Source of the DNA: Botryllus schlosseri
Taxonomy: Eukaryota
Reading direction: 5' to 3'
Length of the DNA stretch: 64,000 nt
Assembly (NCBI GenBank): GCA_051294905.1
Contig: CM119371.1
Location: 1,118,001-1,182,000 of the forward strand
Below, in pieces: positions 26,396 to 37,541 of this stretch. Position 1 is the stretch's first letter, and the number at the start of each line of letters is the position of its first letter. The position numbers and the translations under genes are program-made. Under the pieces are notes generated by a model that saw only the letters and a program-made list of their open reading frames with translations, did not search any database and was not told the origin of the DNA.

Positions 26396-29300
26396 ACAAT
26401 CCCCCCTTTTGGGTTTTCGAAGAGTCCACAGGCCAAGTTCTGAGTAGCCTGGTGAGTTATAGTCCGCTAGGCGACTCAAGATTCGCGGGAATCTCGGTAA
26501 CGTGTTCGCGACATTCTCCTGTGCGTCGGGCGTGTCGTCCTCCTCGTGTTGTAGATGTTCGGCTGCAGGAAAGTCCGTATTGTCAGCGATTTGTGTCATT
26601 TCAAAGTCCCAGTCATCATTGTATAAGTTTCTTTGCTTGACCGGTTGTTCATGACTTCTGTCACTTGGGTATGTTACTACTTTGACGTCGTTCATGTGAC
26701 GAGTGGTGTGCCTGCCATCAATTAATTTTCGCAGTTTCACACCGTCATCAAGCACAGCAACCACCTCATACTCTTCTGGTCCAAAGATCGGTTCGAATTT
26801 CCTCTTGTTGTAGTTTCTGATTATAACGTAGTCGCCTTTTTCAATGCTTGATGGTTGTCGACGAACGGAGCTATTCACAAATGTTTGACGGGTGATCTTA
26901 GTTTCTGTGTCTAGGTCTCTGGCCGCCATAACATCCTGTGTAGTCAAGATTTTCTCAGGGAATTCTTGTCGGTAGCCCCCATGAAACATCAGGTTACCCG
27001 GGGATTGACCGGTTGCGGCTTGTGGTGAGGACCGGTAGCTGCTGAGTAGTTGATTCAAGGCTTCATGTTTGTTATGCCCCTGTTCATGGCAGATCTTCAT
27101 CGATTTTCCGAGAATTTTCATGAAGGTTTCAACTGGATTGGCTTGCGGATGGCGGGGGTAGGCAGTCTTGTGTTGAATGCCGTACGACTCTGAAAATTCC
27201 TTGAATTCGGCTCCATTGAACGGTGGGCCGTTGTCAGTTTTATGCGATTTCGGCCGTCCATACTGTCTGTAGATGTCAATCATTGCAGGAATGACATATC
27301 TTGCCGCAGTACTTTTCAATATTTTGGCATCGGGGAACCGAGACATCATATCTTGAACCACCACAATATGTCTGCCGTCTGGCATTGGACCAAAAAGATC
27401 GACACTGACTTGTTCCCAGGGGCGCTCGGGTGGTGTCAGGATCTTTTGCGGTTGTTTCGACCCTGGGTTGGTGAAGAGCTGGCACATCTTACATTGTTTC
27501 ACCTTATTTTCAGCCATTTTGTTGAGGTTTGGCATCCAAAAATGTTCTCGGATACGGGCTTTTAGTATCGTTATACCCGGGTGATGGCCTTGGTGGGCCT
27601 TATCTATGGCTTTGCTCCACAGTGACTCAGGCAGTATGATTTTGTCTTGTTTCAGGACAAAGCCTTTTGACAGGGTGAGCTGATCCTGAAATTTGCGATA
27701 GGGCTGGAGAGTCGGCTCTGATTTGGGTATGTAACCCTTTCTGATGTATTTAGTGAGCTTGCGGAGCACTTGGTCGTTGCTGGTTTCCTCCCGAATATTG
27801 TCCAAAGATATCGCTTCTGTGTATGGACTATGTCGGAGCCAGAACACTGTGCGCTCGAGTTCATTAGCTTCATCTTGCCACGACGGGGAAACTTGATCCA
27901 GTGGCTGCGCATGGCGGGAAAGGTAGTCGGCTGGGTTATGTTTTCCTGCCTCCCATATGACCTCAAATGAGATATCTTGATGACGGAGTCTGATTCTATC
28001 CGTCCGGATCGATCCTTTTCGCGTGTTACTGAAGATGCTGACAAGAGGCTTGTGGTCCGTTATGACATGTACTTGAGGACCGCCCACTATGAAATTGCGG
28101 AAGCGTCTGAGGCCGAAGTCGATGGCGGTGGCCTCCAGGTCTAGCTGTGGGTAACGCTGTTCCTCTTGTCTTGTGGCTCGACTAGCAAACGTGATTGGTT
28201 TGCAATCAGAAGAGCTGTTTCCTTGGGCAAGAATTGCTGATATTCCTGATACGTGAGCATCCACAAAAATATACGTGCTCAGACGAGTGTCGAAGTAGCG
28301 CAAGAGAGCGTCTTCCTCCAGGCAATGTCGGAGGTCGTTGAATTCCTTCTTGCATTTGTCTGACCATCTAAACTCTTTGTGCTTCTTTGTGAGCTGGCGT
28401 AGGGCTGATGTCTTGCGAGATAACAGGGGTATGAATTCCCCAAATGATTGCACAAAGCACAAGAAAGACATGACTTCATCCTTTGATTTTGGTGACGATG
28501 CGTGTCTGAGAGCGTCAATCTTGGCTGGATCGGGTTTAACCCCGTGCTTTGTTACAATCATTCCCCAGAACGGGATTTCTTTCTGCCGGAAGATGCATTT
28601 GTCAGGATTTAGAGTCATACCAGCGGCTGCGATTTTCCGGAGAGCTGCATAGAGGGATTCGTCATGCTCTTCCTTGCTTTTCCCAGCAATTATGATGTCG
28701 TCATGGATGACATGGATGCCTGACATGTTATTGAAGATAGGGATGAGAGCTTTGGTAAGCTCGCCGGAGGCGGGTTTCGCACCCATTGTAAGCCTTCGGT
28801 AACGCATCAGGCGGTGCCCTGCGTGGAACACTGTGAGTGTGCGGGATTCTTCATCTAGTTCGAGCTGGTGGAAGGCAGACTTGAAGTCCAGCTTACTGAA
28901 GGTTTTGCAACCTGAAAGTTTGGCTTTGATGTCTTCGACACGTGGGATGGGTATGTTGGTTGGCTTGATGCACTTGTTTACTGCTCGCATGTCAACAGTG
29001 ACCCGAATGTTGTCGTCGTCCTTTGGAGTGAGGACCACGTTTGAGACCCATGGAGCCGGGCCGTGATGCTCCTCAATAATTCCGTCTTTTTCCATTTGAT
29101 TAATGGCATTGTCGAATTTTGAGCGCAGGTGATGCGGAATCGGGCGTGAGCTTTGTGCCACAGGCGGAACTTTCTTATCGGTGTAAAAGTGTACCTTGTG
29201 GTCCTTGAGAGTGCCTATCCCTCTGAAGATGCTGGGATACTGATCGGCGATATCCGACGTGAATTGATTCTTAGAAAGGGCGCGAATTGCTTTCTCGATA

Positions 29301-30778
29301 GAGGATTGTTTCGGAGGATTGAACTTGATGATTCCGAGTTCTTCGCAGAGTTTCCCACTCAGTAACGTCTCGACTTCCAGTGGTACTATGTAGAAGCGTG
29401 CCAAGCAGCTGTGCTCGTTGTAGGTTACGAATCCTTTGTAGTAGCCAACGCATTTTATAGGCTTAGAACCAAACGGCCGAATCCTCGTTTTGGTTTTGCG
29501 TAGCGTCAGTCCTAGCTTCTCGGCTTTCCTTTCTGACATGACATTCAGGTCGGCGCCTGTGTCAGCAAAGCCAGTCAGTCGTTTTTCGGCCACGATGACC
29601 TTGACTGTGTATTTCGGTTTTGAGATGCGCCGAATAACAGGCCAGTTGTGCGGATTTGCTGGCTGGAGGGCTGACTGCTTTCTACGCGCTTTGTCTCTTG
29701 GAGGCATTCTCTTTTTGTTTTGCAATTGGTGAACCCGTTTTGATTTGGGTGATTTTCTGCGAAGATATTGATCAGGCTTCTTTGACGTTATCTTGTGTTC
29801 CGGATGAGGCTGATGATTCAATCTCCGGACACGTCTCTGCCTGGGTGGTGCTTGTGGCTCGGAGTCACTGCTAGAGGCGGAACTTGCTCTTGATGAGACC
29901 GATTTGCGTCTAGGCTCGATAGAGCTTCGATGGCTCTCTTCGGGGTCATGCTGTACGCGTTTCGTAGATCTGCAGGCCTTGGACCCCTTGAAATGGCCCT
30001 TGCGCCCGCATGCGAAGCATTCACGATCGGTGGCTCGACAATCTTGCTCCCCGTGGCATAATGGATCTGAGCATGTTCTGCATGATCCGGATGTGCGTGC
30101 CGGTTTCTTCCGGCTTTTGCTATACTTCTTGGGCTTGACCCGCGAAATTTTCTCGCTGTCGTCGCTGTGCTCTGACATAATTTTCTGTGCTGTGTGGGCT
30201 GCTGCTTCCATTCTACGCCCATTTTCTATGAGTTCCCGCAGTTTCCATTGACTTTTGAGGGCGCTTTTACGGATGTCATTGTGTACGGTACCCACGATTA
30301 TTTGATCACGGATCATGACATCTATGACGTCGCAATTCTCATTAGCACAGCTAAATTTGCATGACATCGCCTCTTTGCGCAGGCGATGGACAAAATTGTC
30401 AAAGCTCTCACCTTGTTCCTGGTGAAGTCGATGAAACTGATAGTTTGCTAAGGTATAGTTGCGAGTTGTCTCATACCTTTCTTGCATCTTTATTACAAAG
30501 TCCTTGAATTGTAGATCGGTCCGTTCGTTTGCAGGGACCGTGGATTCATAGTCCTTTTGAAAGTTTTGAGATGAGAATTTGCCAAGGAAGAGCTTGCGCA
30601 TGTTGATTTCAACCCATTTAACCTTGTCTGGTGCATCAGTAGGTGGGTCGGCGGCGATGGCATCGTATGTATAACGGAACCTACTCACGAAGTCGCAGAA
30701 AGCGTCGTGAGCGTTATTACGATGTAGTTCAGGGTCGAATTCACCAATGGACCCTTTCATAACGTAATCGGCTTGCAT
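26297..30778 (-). CDS. Gag-Pol polyprotein (gag, Zn knuckles, aspartic protease, RT, RNase H, integrase)
   Basis: 1493-aa ORF: CFACGRKGHFKGSKAC knuckle, FADTGADLN protease, LDFKSAFHQL and IHDDIII RT, FVDAH/TDHKPL/NPADYLSR RNase H, HQGHHPG...CKMC, VDLFGP, TDNGPPF and PVETF integrase. Confidence 0.97.
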   Translation of the reverse strand: MQADYVMKGSIGEFDPELHRNNAHDAFCDFVSRFRYTYDAIAADPPTDAPDKVKWVEINMRKLFLGKFSSQNFQKDYESTVPANERTDLQFKDFVIKMQERYETTRNYTLANYQFHRLHQEQGESFDNFVHRLRKEAMSCKFSCANENCDVIDVMIRDQIIVGTVHNDIRKSALKSQWKLRELIENGRRMEAAAHTAQKIMSEHSDDSEKISRVKPKKYSKSRKKPARTSGSCRTCSDPLCHGEQDCRATDRECFACGRKGHFKGSKACRSTKRVQHDPEESHRSSIEPRRKSVSSRASSASSSDSEPQAPPRQRRVRRLNHQPHPEHKITSKKPDQYLRRKSPKSKRVHQLQNKKRMPPRDKARRKQSALQPANPHNWPVIRRISKPKYTVKVIVAEKRLTGFADTGADLNVMSERKAEKLGLTLRKTKTRIRPFGSKPIKCVGYYKGFVTYNEHSCLARFYIVPLEVETLLSGKLCEELGIIKFNPPKQSSIEKAIRALSKNQFTSDIADQYPSIFRGIGTLKDHKVHFYTDKKVPPVAQSSRPIPHHLRSKFDNAINQMEKDGIIEEHHGPAPWVSNVVLTPKDDDNIRVTVDMRAVNKCIKPTNIPIPRVEDIKAKLSGCKTFSKLDFKSAFHQLELDEESRTLTVFHAGHRLMRYRRLTMGAKPASGELTKALIPIFNNMSGIHVIHDDIIIAGKSKEEHDESLYAALRKIAAAGMTLNPDKCIFRQKEIPFWGMIVTKHGVKPDPAKIDALRHASSPKSKDEVMSFLCFVQSFGEFIPLLSRKTSALRQLTKKHKEFRWSDKCKKEFNDLRHCLEEDALLRYFDTRLSTYIFVDAHVSGISAILAQGNSSSDCKPITFASRATRQEEQRYPQLDLEATAIDFGLRRFRNFIVGGPQVHVITDHKPLVSIFSNTRKGSIRTDRIRLRHQDISFEVIWEAGKHNPADYLSRHAQPLDQVSPSWQDEANELERTVFWLRHSPYTEAISLDNIREETSNDQVLRKLTKYIRKGYIPKSEPTLQPYRKFQDQLTLSKGFVLKQDKIILPESLWSKAIDKAHQGHHPGITILKARIREHFWMPNLNKMAENKVKQCKMCQLFTNPGSKQPQKILTPPERPWEQVSVDLFGPMPDGRHIVVVQDMMSRFPDAKILKSTAARYVIPAMIDIYRQYGRPKSHKTDNGPPFNGAEFKEFSESYGIQHKTAYPRHPQANPVETFMKILGKSMKICHEQGHNKHEALNQLLSSYRSSPQAATGQSPGNLMFHGGYRQEFPEKILTTQDVMAARDLDTETKITRQTFVNSSVRRQPSSIEKGDYVIIRNYNKRKFEPIFGPEEYEVVAVLDDGVKLRKLIDGRHTTRHMNDVKVVTYPSDRSHEQPVKQRNLYNDDWDFEMTQIADNTDFPAAEHLQHEEDDTPDAQENVANTLPRFPRILSRLADYNSPGYSELGLWTLRKPKRGDCCYILILAIAKSQVCLTTCVVKTAHIRRRSRSQ
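26400..26410 (-). promoter_or_regulatory. Polypurine tract
   Basis: Minus-strand AAAAGGGGGGA a few nt upstream of the 3' LTR. Confidence 0.85.
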
Positions 30779-30859
30779 TTTTCGTAGTCAGGATTATAGG
30801 AGCGAGGATTAAAGTAGATACACGCGGCTGCTGCTGATCGATGATAATCCGTGTTTTCA

Positions 30860-30869
30860 CTCGTCGCCA
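30860..30869 (-). promoter_or_regulatory. Primer binding site (tRNA-Ser GCT type)
   Basis: Minus-strand TGGCGACGAG 1 nt after the 5' LTR is complementary to the 3' end CTCGTCGCCA of metazoan tRNA-Ser(GCT). Confidence 0.8.
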
Positions 30870-30870
30870 A

Positions 30871-31101
30871 TAATAAGTCTCGTCCTTTGATGCTGATGAG
30901 GATTACAGACAGACTTTTCCGGCAGAAGATTTATTAGATTAGAGCTAATAATCCCAACTACATCTAAAGAAATAAACAATGCGGGAAAGCAACATTACTG
31001 CACTACTGTGAGCGCGAGCGGCGACGTATATGAGCGGTCTTCACAACACATGTTGTGAGGCAAACTTGTGACTTCGCTATAGCGAGAATCAGGATATAAC
31101 A
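30871..31101 (-). repeat. 5' LTR
   Basis: Matches 26165-26395 except one substitution (T30917 vs A26211); begins TGTTAT on the minus strand. Confidence 0.95.
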
Positions 31102-31357
31102 GCTTATGTCAAGCCTATATCAATGACCTCCGTAATAAGCGGTTAGTAGCCTAGTATTTGAGCTCAGATCTCTTATAATACATGATAATACTATCCATCA
31201 GGAACAGTTGTGAAGTTATTTAAATACCGTACATTTTGCTTGTTGCGCAAATAATAATCTGAAGGACATCGAAGAAAATAATAGAATCCATATCATTTTG
31301 TCATAACGCTATATATTGAACCTGACAAGCAGTATACAATAAAAATGTGTTTCTTAG

Positions 31358-31504
31358 GATCCGCAACTTTGGCCGAAGGAGAAAATGTCAATCTGAAGTT
31401 CACGAAAAGCTCTGTTAACGTCGTGGCCGGAGATCAAATAAATGTAAAAAAAATCGTCTACAACATTACTGGCGCTGAAGGAGAAACACCTTCCGGGATT
31501 CAAA
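31358..31504 (+). CDS. Putative host exon, phase 1-1, with a RHIM-like segment
   Basis: ttcttag|SATLAEGENVNLKFTKSSVNVVAGDQINVKKIVYNITGAEGETPSGIQ|gtgagt; 147 bp open. Confidence 0.55.
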
Positions 31505-31528
31505 GTGAGTATAATTATAGAAAGTGAC

Positions 31529-34043
31529 TATGGAACGGAAACTCCCGTTTTCCCATTGTTAGGTCACGCCTGACTGAATCTAGCGGATTTGGACAACCGA
31601 ACAATCGTAACGAATGTAGGAGATGTGATGTTCTCCAGTTTCGAGACAATTTCGGTTAGATGAGAGCGGTAGCCACGGCATTTAGGCGCAGAAAGCCAAC
31701 TGCAACACATCGAGTCGTTGTTTATTCATGCCTTGTGAATAGGGTCAGTGGTTTTGCAACCAATACTTATGGACAGAGGACAGTATTCATCGGAAATCTG
31801 GAGTTTCTAAACGATGAAGAGGGGCAGTTTGTGTTATTGTGTGATAAAATCTGGCCGCAATGTGCAATCTATTTGCAATTGGCAATTTACATGTACCATT
31901 TACTGGATTTTTTCGCAGGAACAGCGATATAGTATCATTCGTTTAGCCTGTAAAGTCTTACTTGTTATAGAAATCACTGTGTGGCCGCAAGAACTGCAAT
32001 ACGAAGTATTGTACCGGTACTCCATATCACCATCACAAGACCCGTCGTCGCTCGCTCCCAAAGAAAAGGTTCAAAATGACTCGTTTAAACGATTCGCAAG
32101 CAATATTCACCTGGGATTGATGTCATATCACGACGGCAACTCTGATCTCACACACCTAAATGCAGAGGAAAAACCAATATCCTAATCAGGCCTGTGAAGA
32201 GTGGCAGCTGACTAGTGATATCAGACTTTAAATTCGCCCACCTTACGCTAATGCTGTTATATTACTTGATTTGATCATTCAATTTTCAAATCACATCGTC
32301 TTGACTTTGCTCTTCTAAGTAACATTAATATCATTTTGTATTTCAAAGATTAGGTTTTGCAAACATGGCTCCATCAAATTGTTGTGTTCCTGAGTGCAAC
32401 TTTCGAAAGCCATCTAAAAATCGAATTGGTCTTTTTACTGTGCTTCGCCCTGAATTTGCAGCGAGTGAGGAAGAAAAACACCACAGAGAAATGCTGCACA
32501 AGTTTGTGTACTCAGTTAGGGGTGAGACAAAGAAAATCATTGCAGACAAGCTTTGTAGAGAAATGTGAGTCTGATAGAATGGTTACCAGAAGGGGTTATT
32601 GTTCAGTAGTTGTTTTCCTTCATGTAGGATGGCAATCTGCGAGCAACATTTCAGTCAAAGTGACATTATAATCAAAAAGTCCAGGAAAATGCTTAGGATC
32701 GGAGCGCTGCCAACTGAAAATCTTCCGAAAAATTTGACTAGTGTGTTCAGGAGTCCACATCGCAACCCCCCTAGCAAGAGGAAACAATTACCTCCAAAAC
32801 AGGTTTACAGAACCTTTGAAAAACTTCACAAGGCAGCAATGAAGATACAAGTAGAGTCAGGTGGTGTCCCTAGGATATACATATAATGTGCAAGTGAATG
32901 GCTAACATTTGATCATTTAGAATGTTGGGTGTTTTACGAAAAAAAGGGCAGGTTGATTGGACAGTATGAAGATGATGAAGACTCTGGTCTGGCACCAAGA
33001 TTGAGGTGAATTTGTTAGTCATTGGTGTAATAGTGTGTCAGGTAGCGAAAAAATTAATAAGTGTCCGTGTAAGTAGCCTGAAATAGATTGAAAAATGACT
33101 GCAATTATGAAGTATTATTTGTTCAGGATAAGCATTGACCTGCAATCAGGAAACAACCAACTTCACTGCTTTGGCTGGGCAGTGGATTTGAAACAATTTT
33201 TTGAGATGGATATATGTTACATAGAACTACATGATGTCATCAGTAAGTTGCGAAAATTCACTGAAGTAACTGAGATAATGATGTCTAAATACGACATATT
33301 TAGAGCAATTGGAGAAACTAAATGTATGTTCTGGAGTCGGATCAGAATTTCAGGACACCAAATCTCACCCTGTAGTCGGAAGAATGGGTAGTCACGAACT
33401 AAAAGTGTCTGTGATTCATCGCTGCGCGACATGCCGTATTTTAGGTACAAATCTGCGTTGGACAGGTCAGTGTAACTGAGCTCTGTGACCTTGATTACCC
33501 GCATTCTAGTTGATTCGCTGGAGATTTGTGATGGTTGCTCAGCATACATCAAGGCGAATAACCAAAATAGCTTGGACGAAACGGTAGAGGTGGATGAGCA
33601 GGTACATTTGACGGTTCAGGTATTTATTGCAGACCACACACATAACTGGCAGCAACATGCAACTAATAAGGTTAATTTATAGGCGATGGTTGATACTGAA
33701 AAAGGCAACATGAATGAGTTCTTGCATCAATTATTTCTTGATGACATGATCAATTCCCAGAGGTCAGGTAATGGTCGCCGCTATCATCCTGACATTCTGA
33801 GATGGTGCATTGAGTTGTACTCGAGATCCCCAGCAGCCTATGCACACATTAGAAGCAGCAATGTTCTCCAATTGCCGAGCAACCGCACCATTCGCTCCTA
33901 CAGGTAGATAAAAAAGCAGATCATCATATTATATAGAGAATTGCATACTTCTATTGTTCACAGAAACTGTATCCCACCTAGTCCAGGCATAAATAAATTG
34001 GCACTGGAGCAAATTGCAGTCAGAAAAGAAGAGGGGGAAAACA
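31529..34043 (+). mobile_element. Left portion of a P-superfamily DNA transposon
   Basis: Candidate left TIR TATGGAACGGAAAC at 31529 (11/14 match to the TIR of the palindromic MITE at 43024) upstream of the THAP transposase; no right TIR seen. Confidence 0.55.
32365..34043 (+). pseudogene. THAP-domain P-element/THAP9-like transposase, spliced, 3'-truncated
   Basis: MAPSNCCVPEC...ICEQHF...GALPT is a C2CH THAP domain; GRRYHPDILRWCIELYSRSPAAYAHIRSSNVLQLPSNRTIRSY is the P-transposase motif; GT-AG introns 32565-32627, 32861-32920, 33006-33126, 33243-33303, 33388-33444, 33466-33509, 33620-33682 and 33904-33963 join into an open frame of about 380 aa that ends at a repeat starting near 34044. Confidence 0.85.
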
Positions 34044-34925
34044 TGACGCTACACAGTTATTTCCAACTTATGGTAGAATTATAATTATCGCGTTACTTTT
34101 TTCAAAATAGATTAAAACTGTAGTTATAGCTATACATTTTTCCAAACTAGATTGGGATTAGAATTACTGCGTCCGCAAAAAACTAGGTCATTGAATCCAG
34201 TTCCGTTACTATCAAATCAGCATGATAATAGCAAATGTCTGTCCAACAAGCTTTGCTCGTTTCGCACTACACAATTCTCTCAGTAGCATTTACAGGAACA
34301 CCAGAGATAGGGTTTGAATTAGAATGAGAAAATATAAATTATTTACCAATTAGATTAGAATTAGTGCAGAGAATTATTTCACAAAATAGATTCTAGTTAC
34401 ATTACCGGCAGTGGCTCTAATTGGTCTAATTAGACAACTAGAATTATCTAAATATCCAATTCTGACAGAAGTACGCTTATCGTCACCAATATTTTAGGCT
34501 TTCCATAAAACAAGCTGATAGCTACTTTTCGAGTGTCATTGATACTCGATATTGTTAACAGCACCGCAATTTCTCTAATCGAAATGTTAACTGTTAACAA
34601 AGTCCTCTAGCAAGTACACCGTCCCAGCCAATACCGCTCCCGCGATACGATGTGTTGTCTGCAGGTTTATTTTCATGAAATTCGTGTAATGACTAAATAT
34701 GTTATCGTATATTGGATTGTGTGCCAACGATTCGTGAGAATCGTCTCGCGAAAATTTAAATGCCGAATCGTCCTGTAGATTCAATCCCTACGATTCATCT
34801 GACTCTGATCCCAGGTACTCTACAGCAAGTCGAATTCTATTTTGTGCATTGTTATGACATACCTGTGCGAACAGTTAATTTTCTGCTCATAGTCCGAATA
34901 GTTTGCTGACGTAATTGATTAATGA
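34044..34925 (-). repeat. Family D repeat truncating the THAP transposase
   Basis: Reverse complement of 46325-47770. Confidence 0.8.
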
Positions 34926-35805
34926 TTAGCTGAGAGAGTCCAGAGATAGTTCATAACATTGATGCAAATCAGTATAGTCGGCGAATTCTTCAATTGTTGG
35001 CAAAAATTTCAAATTAAACAGAAATGAGAGGGAGAATCATATATTATTGTTACACTTGACTGATTTCTATACACAATGACACCAACTCGAGCTACATTTA
35101 GGGCCAAGCATCAAAAATCATTAGGCCTAATCTCTTACTTAGCCTAGGTTACATGACAGAATAGACCAATCTTTATACCATAACAAAGTGAACAGGATTT
35201 CAACGTCAAAATAGCTCAATTACAGACACAATTTCAAATCTGACTTGAAAAAGCCTTTCAATTTCACAGTTAAATGACCAATGATCATGATAAGTTTATT
35301 TTTCATCATGCTATAACTTGGAAACTATACTTATGATATGTAGGCTAATTCATTCAAAATAAATTGATATTTACTAAGATATATTCCACTAGGTTATGAG
35401 CCAAATTTCTGAAAAATATGAAACTAGATGGAATCCAAATATATTATCATGGCACAAACAATCAATCCGTTACGCTGGATTGATCACAACTCAAGGTTTA
35501 ATTTGATCAGACTCGCAGCATTGTTTTACATTAAGGTACATATTATGTATAGGATTGTGACACAATGATTTACGTACCGGTACCCGAATCTGAATCAAGT
35601 ATCATCAACTCTACTGATTCGAGTCAAGTATGAAATATGATTTTTTTGACTAATGAAGCTTTACGCCCAGTTCCATCAAAAAGTTATAATTGCCTCAATT
35701 ATCTGAAACTTCGATTGGTCATATCGCAACATACGAAATATGTTGTACAAAGCTGTGAACGTTAGCGGAAATGACATTTCTGTGTAACTGTGATCGACTT
35801 ACAAC

Positions 35806-37276
35806 CAATGTTCCTTCTAATTTTTCACGAGTGTGCGCAACTACGCCAACTCACTGCGCGGGCCCTTGGACAACAGTGCGCTAACAGGACCTCATAGGGT
35901 GATAAACCTAACTTCTGGGGGGCTACGCCCCCCAGACCCCCCTCATGTTACGAGCTTTACACCGCTACTAATCATCTATATATGATCTAAGTTTAGTGGG
36001 CGTTCCGACTCAACGCGCGAAGCGCGAAAATTTTCTATGATTAATGATCAAATCGGTCAATATCATCAGGAATTGCATATATTGCTATCAATTTTAATCC
36101 TGTGTCTGGTCACGTAATCACATTTACAGGTAAAGCTGATCAAGTGAGATGTGTTGGAAAAGGTAGGACCCCTAAATATAATTAAACATCTTCGGGCGCA
36201 CCCGTTGGTATAATGACTTCTTTACATCATGCTATTTCGGGACCTCCTATCTGCTATGCCAAAAGATATTGAAATCTAGACATAAGTCACTCTGATTCCA
36301 CTGCGACGATATGGTGACATACTATGGATTACTAGAAGACAGACATATACGCACGATAACGCACTTGAAATCAATATATGCGATCGATATAGGCCTATCG
36401 CGTTAAAACACTGATGTGGCGTCTTAATACCGGCAATGCACTCATTACTATCAAGACATACAGTCAGATATAGCGATACTAATATTCAAGTCTGATTGAA
36501 GCAAGAACAAGATCAGCGTATGACCTTATCGACAGAAGATACCCGTTCTAACGAATCAAATAAAATCACAAATTTGTGCTGCTGAGAAGCCGATCTAATG
36601 CAGCGCCCTACAGTGCAGTTGCTGCATATCCCGATCAACGTCTGCAAAGGGATGGATTTTTTCAACAATATTGGTGCTTGTACTTGCATATTCTGCATAT
36701 TATCCTATATCACCATACGTGATATCAGATTCGCCTGATGGAAGTGATGACTACCAAAATTCGCGGCATGCAATTGTACAGTAAATCTTACACAATATGC
36801 ATGCCACGCGGAGAAGACTATTATTCGTTAGTTTCTCGCAGTTAACTTCGAGCTAGCCCATTGTTATTTATAACTTTGTTAAACCATGTTATTTCGCCAT
36901 TCCCACAAAGGATTGCGCTATTGATATGATATCAGTAACGCTCACGCGTACGATACCATAGTAAAAGAAAAATCTCTTTCATGCGTTGTCGCACACGATT
37001 GCAAATTCTCATTGCTTCGCGGAGCGCAATATTTTCGGGCCGCACTTGTAGCCTTCCTCGGTTTCAGACTTCAGCGATAGCACTATTTACCCCTGGCAAT
37101 GTTCCCTCTCAATTTTCTCGAGTCTGAGCGCCTGTGCGGTGCCTTGGACAAGAGTGCGCAACGATTAAAAAAAAGTCATCACTTCGGATTTTTTGTGCGC
37201 AGCCTAGATTTTCTGTGCGCGGAGACCGTTTCAGCACTGCGCATTTGCGCACGTGCGCAGCTTAGAGGGAACATTG
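35806..37276. mobile_element. Non-autonomous hAT element
   Basis: TIR CAATGTTCC(T/C)TCTAA; 8-bp TSD CTTACAAC at 35798-35805 and 37277-37284; empty site in the paralogous block near 16962. Confidence 0.9.
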
Positions 37277-37541
37277 CTTACAACATTGTCACAAAGCCAA
37301 ATAAAGTATTTTCGAAAAATACCAAATCCTCATTATATGGTGAAGAGCTGGGCTTATATTTTGTAGTTACGTGAAAAGTAGGCTACATACTCAAGCTTTT
37401 GGGTCTCCCATATACTTATATCGTCATCATGAGTGATTATCAAATACTTGACGTGAAGCCTATTACTTGATTCAGAATAGAATCCCTCAGGTACCGGTAT
37501 TCGATTTTGCCCAGATGTAAGCCTAGTACATACAAGCAAAC

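Larger units (their letters stand above)
26165..31101 (-). mobile_element. Full-length Ty3/gypsy LTR retrotransposon (Mag-like)
   Basis: 231-bp direct LTRs at 26165-26395 and 30871-31101; TSD GCTTA at 26160-26164 and 31102-31106; PBS TGGCGACGAG next to the 5' LTR; PPT next to the 3' LTR; single gag-pol ORF in PR-RT-RH-IN order. Confidence 0.97.

Noticed and set aside
26452..30251. Antisense and alternate-frame ORFs within the retrotransposon
   Set aside because: Shadow ORFs of the GC-richer gag-pol region with no recognisable motifs
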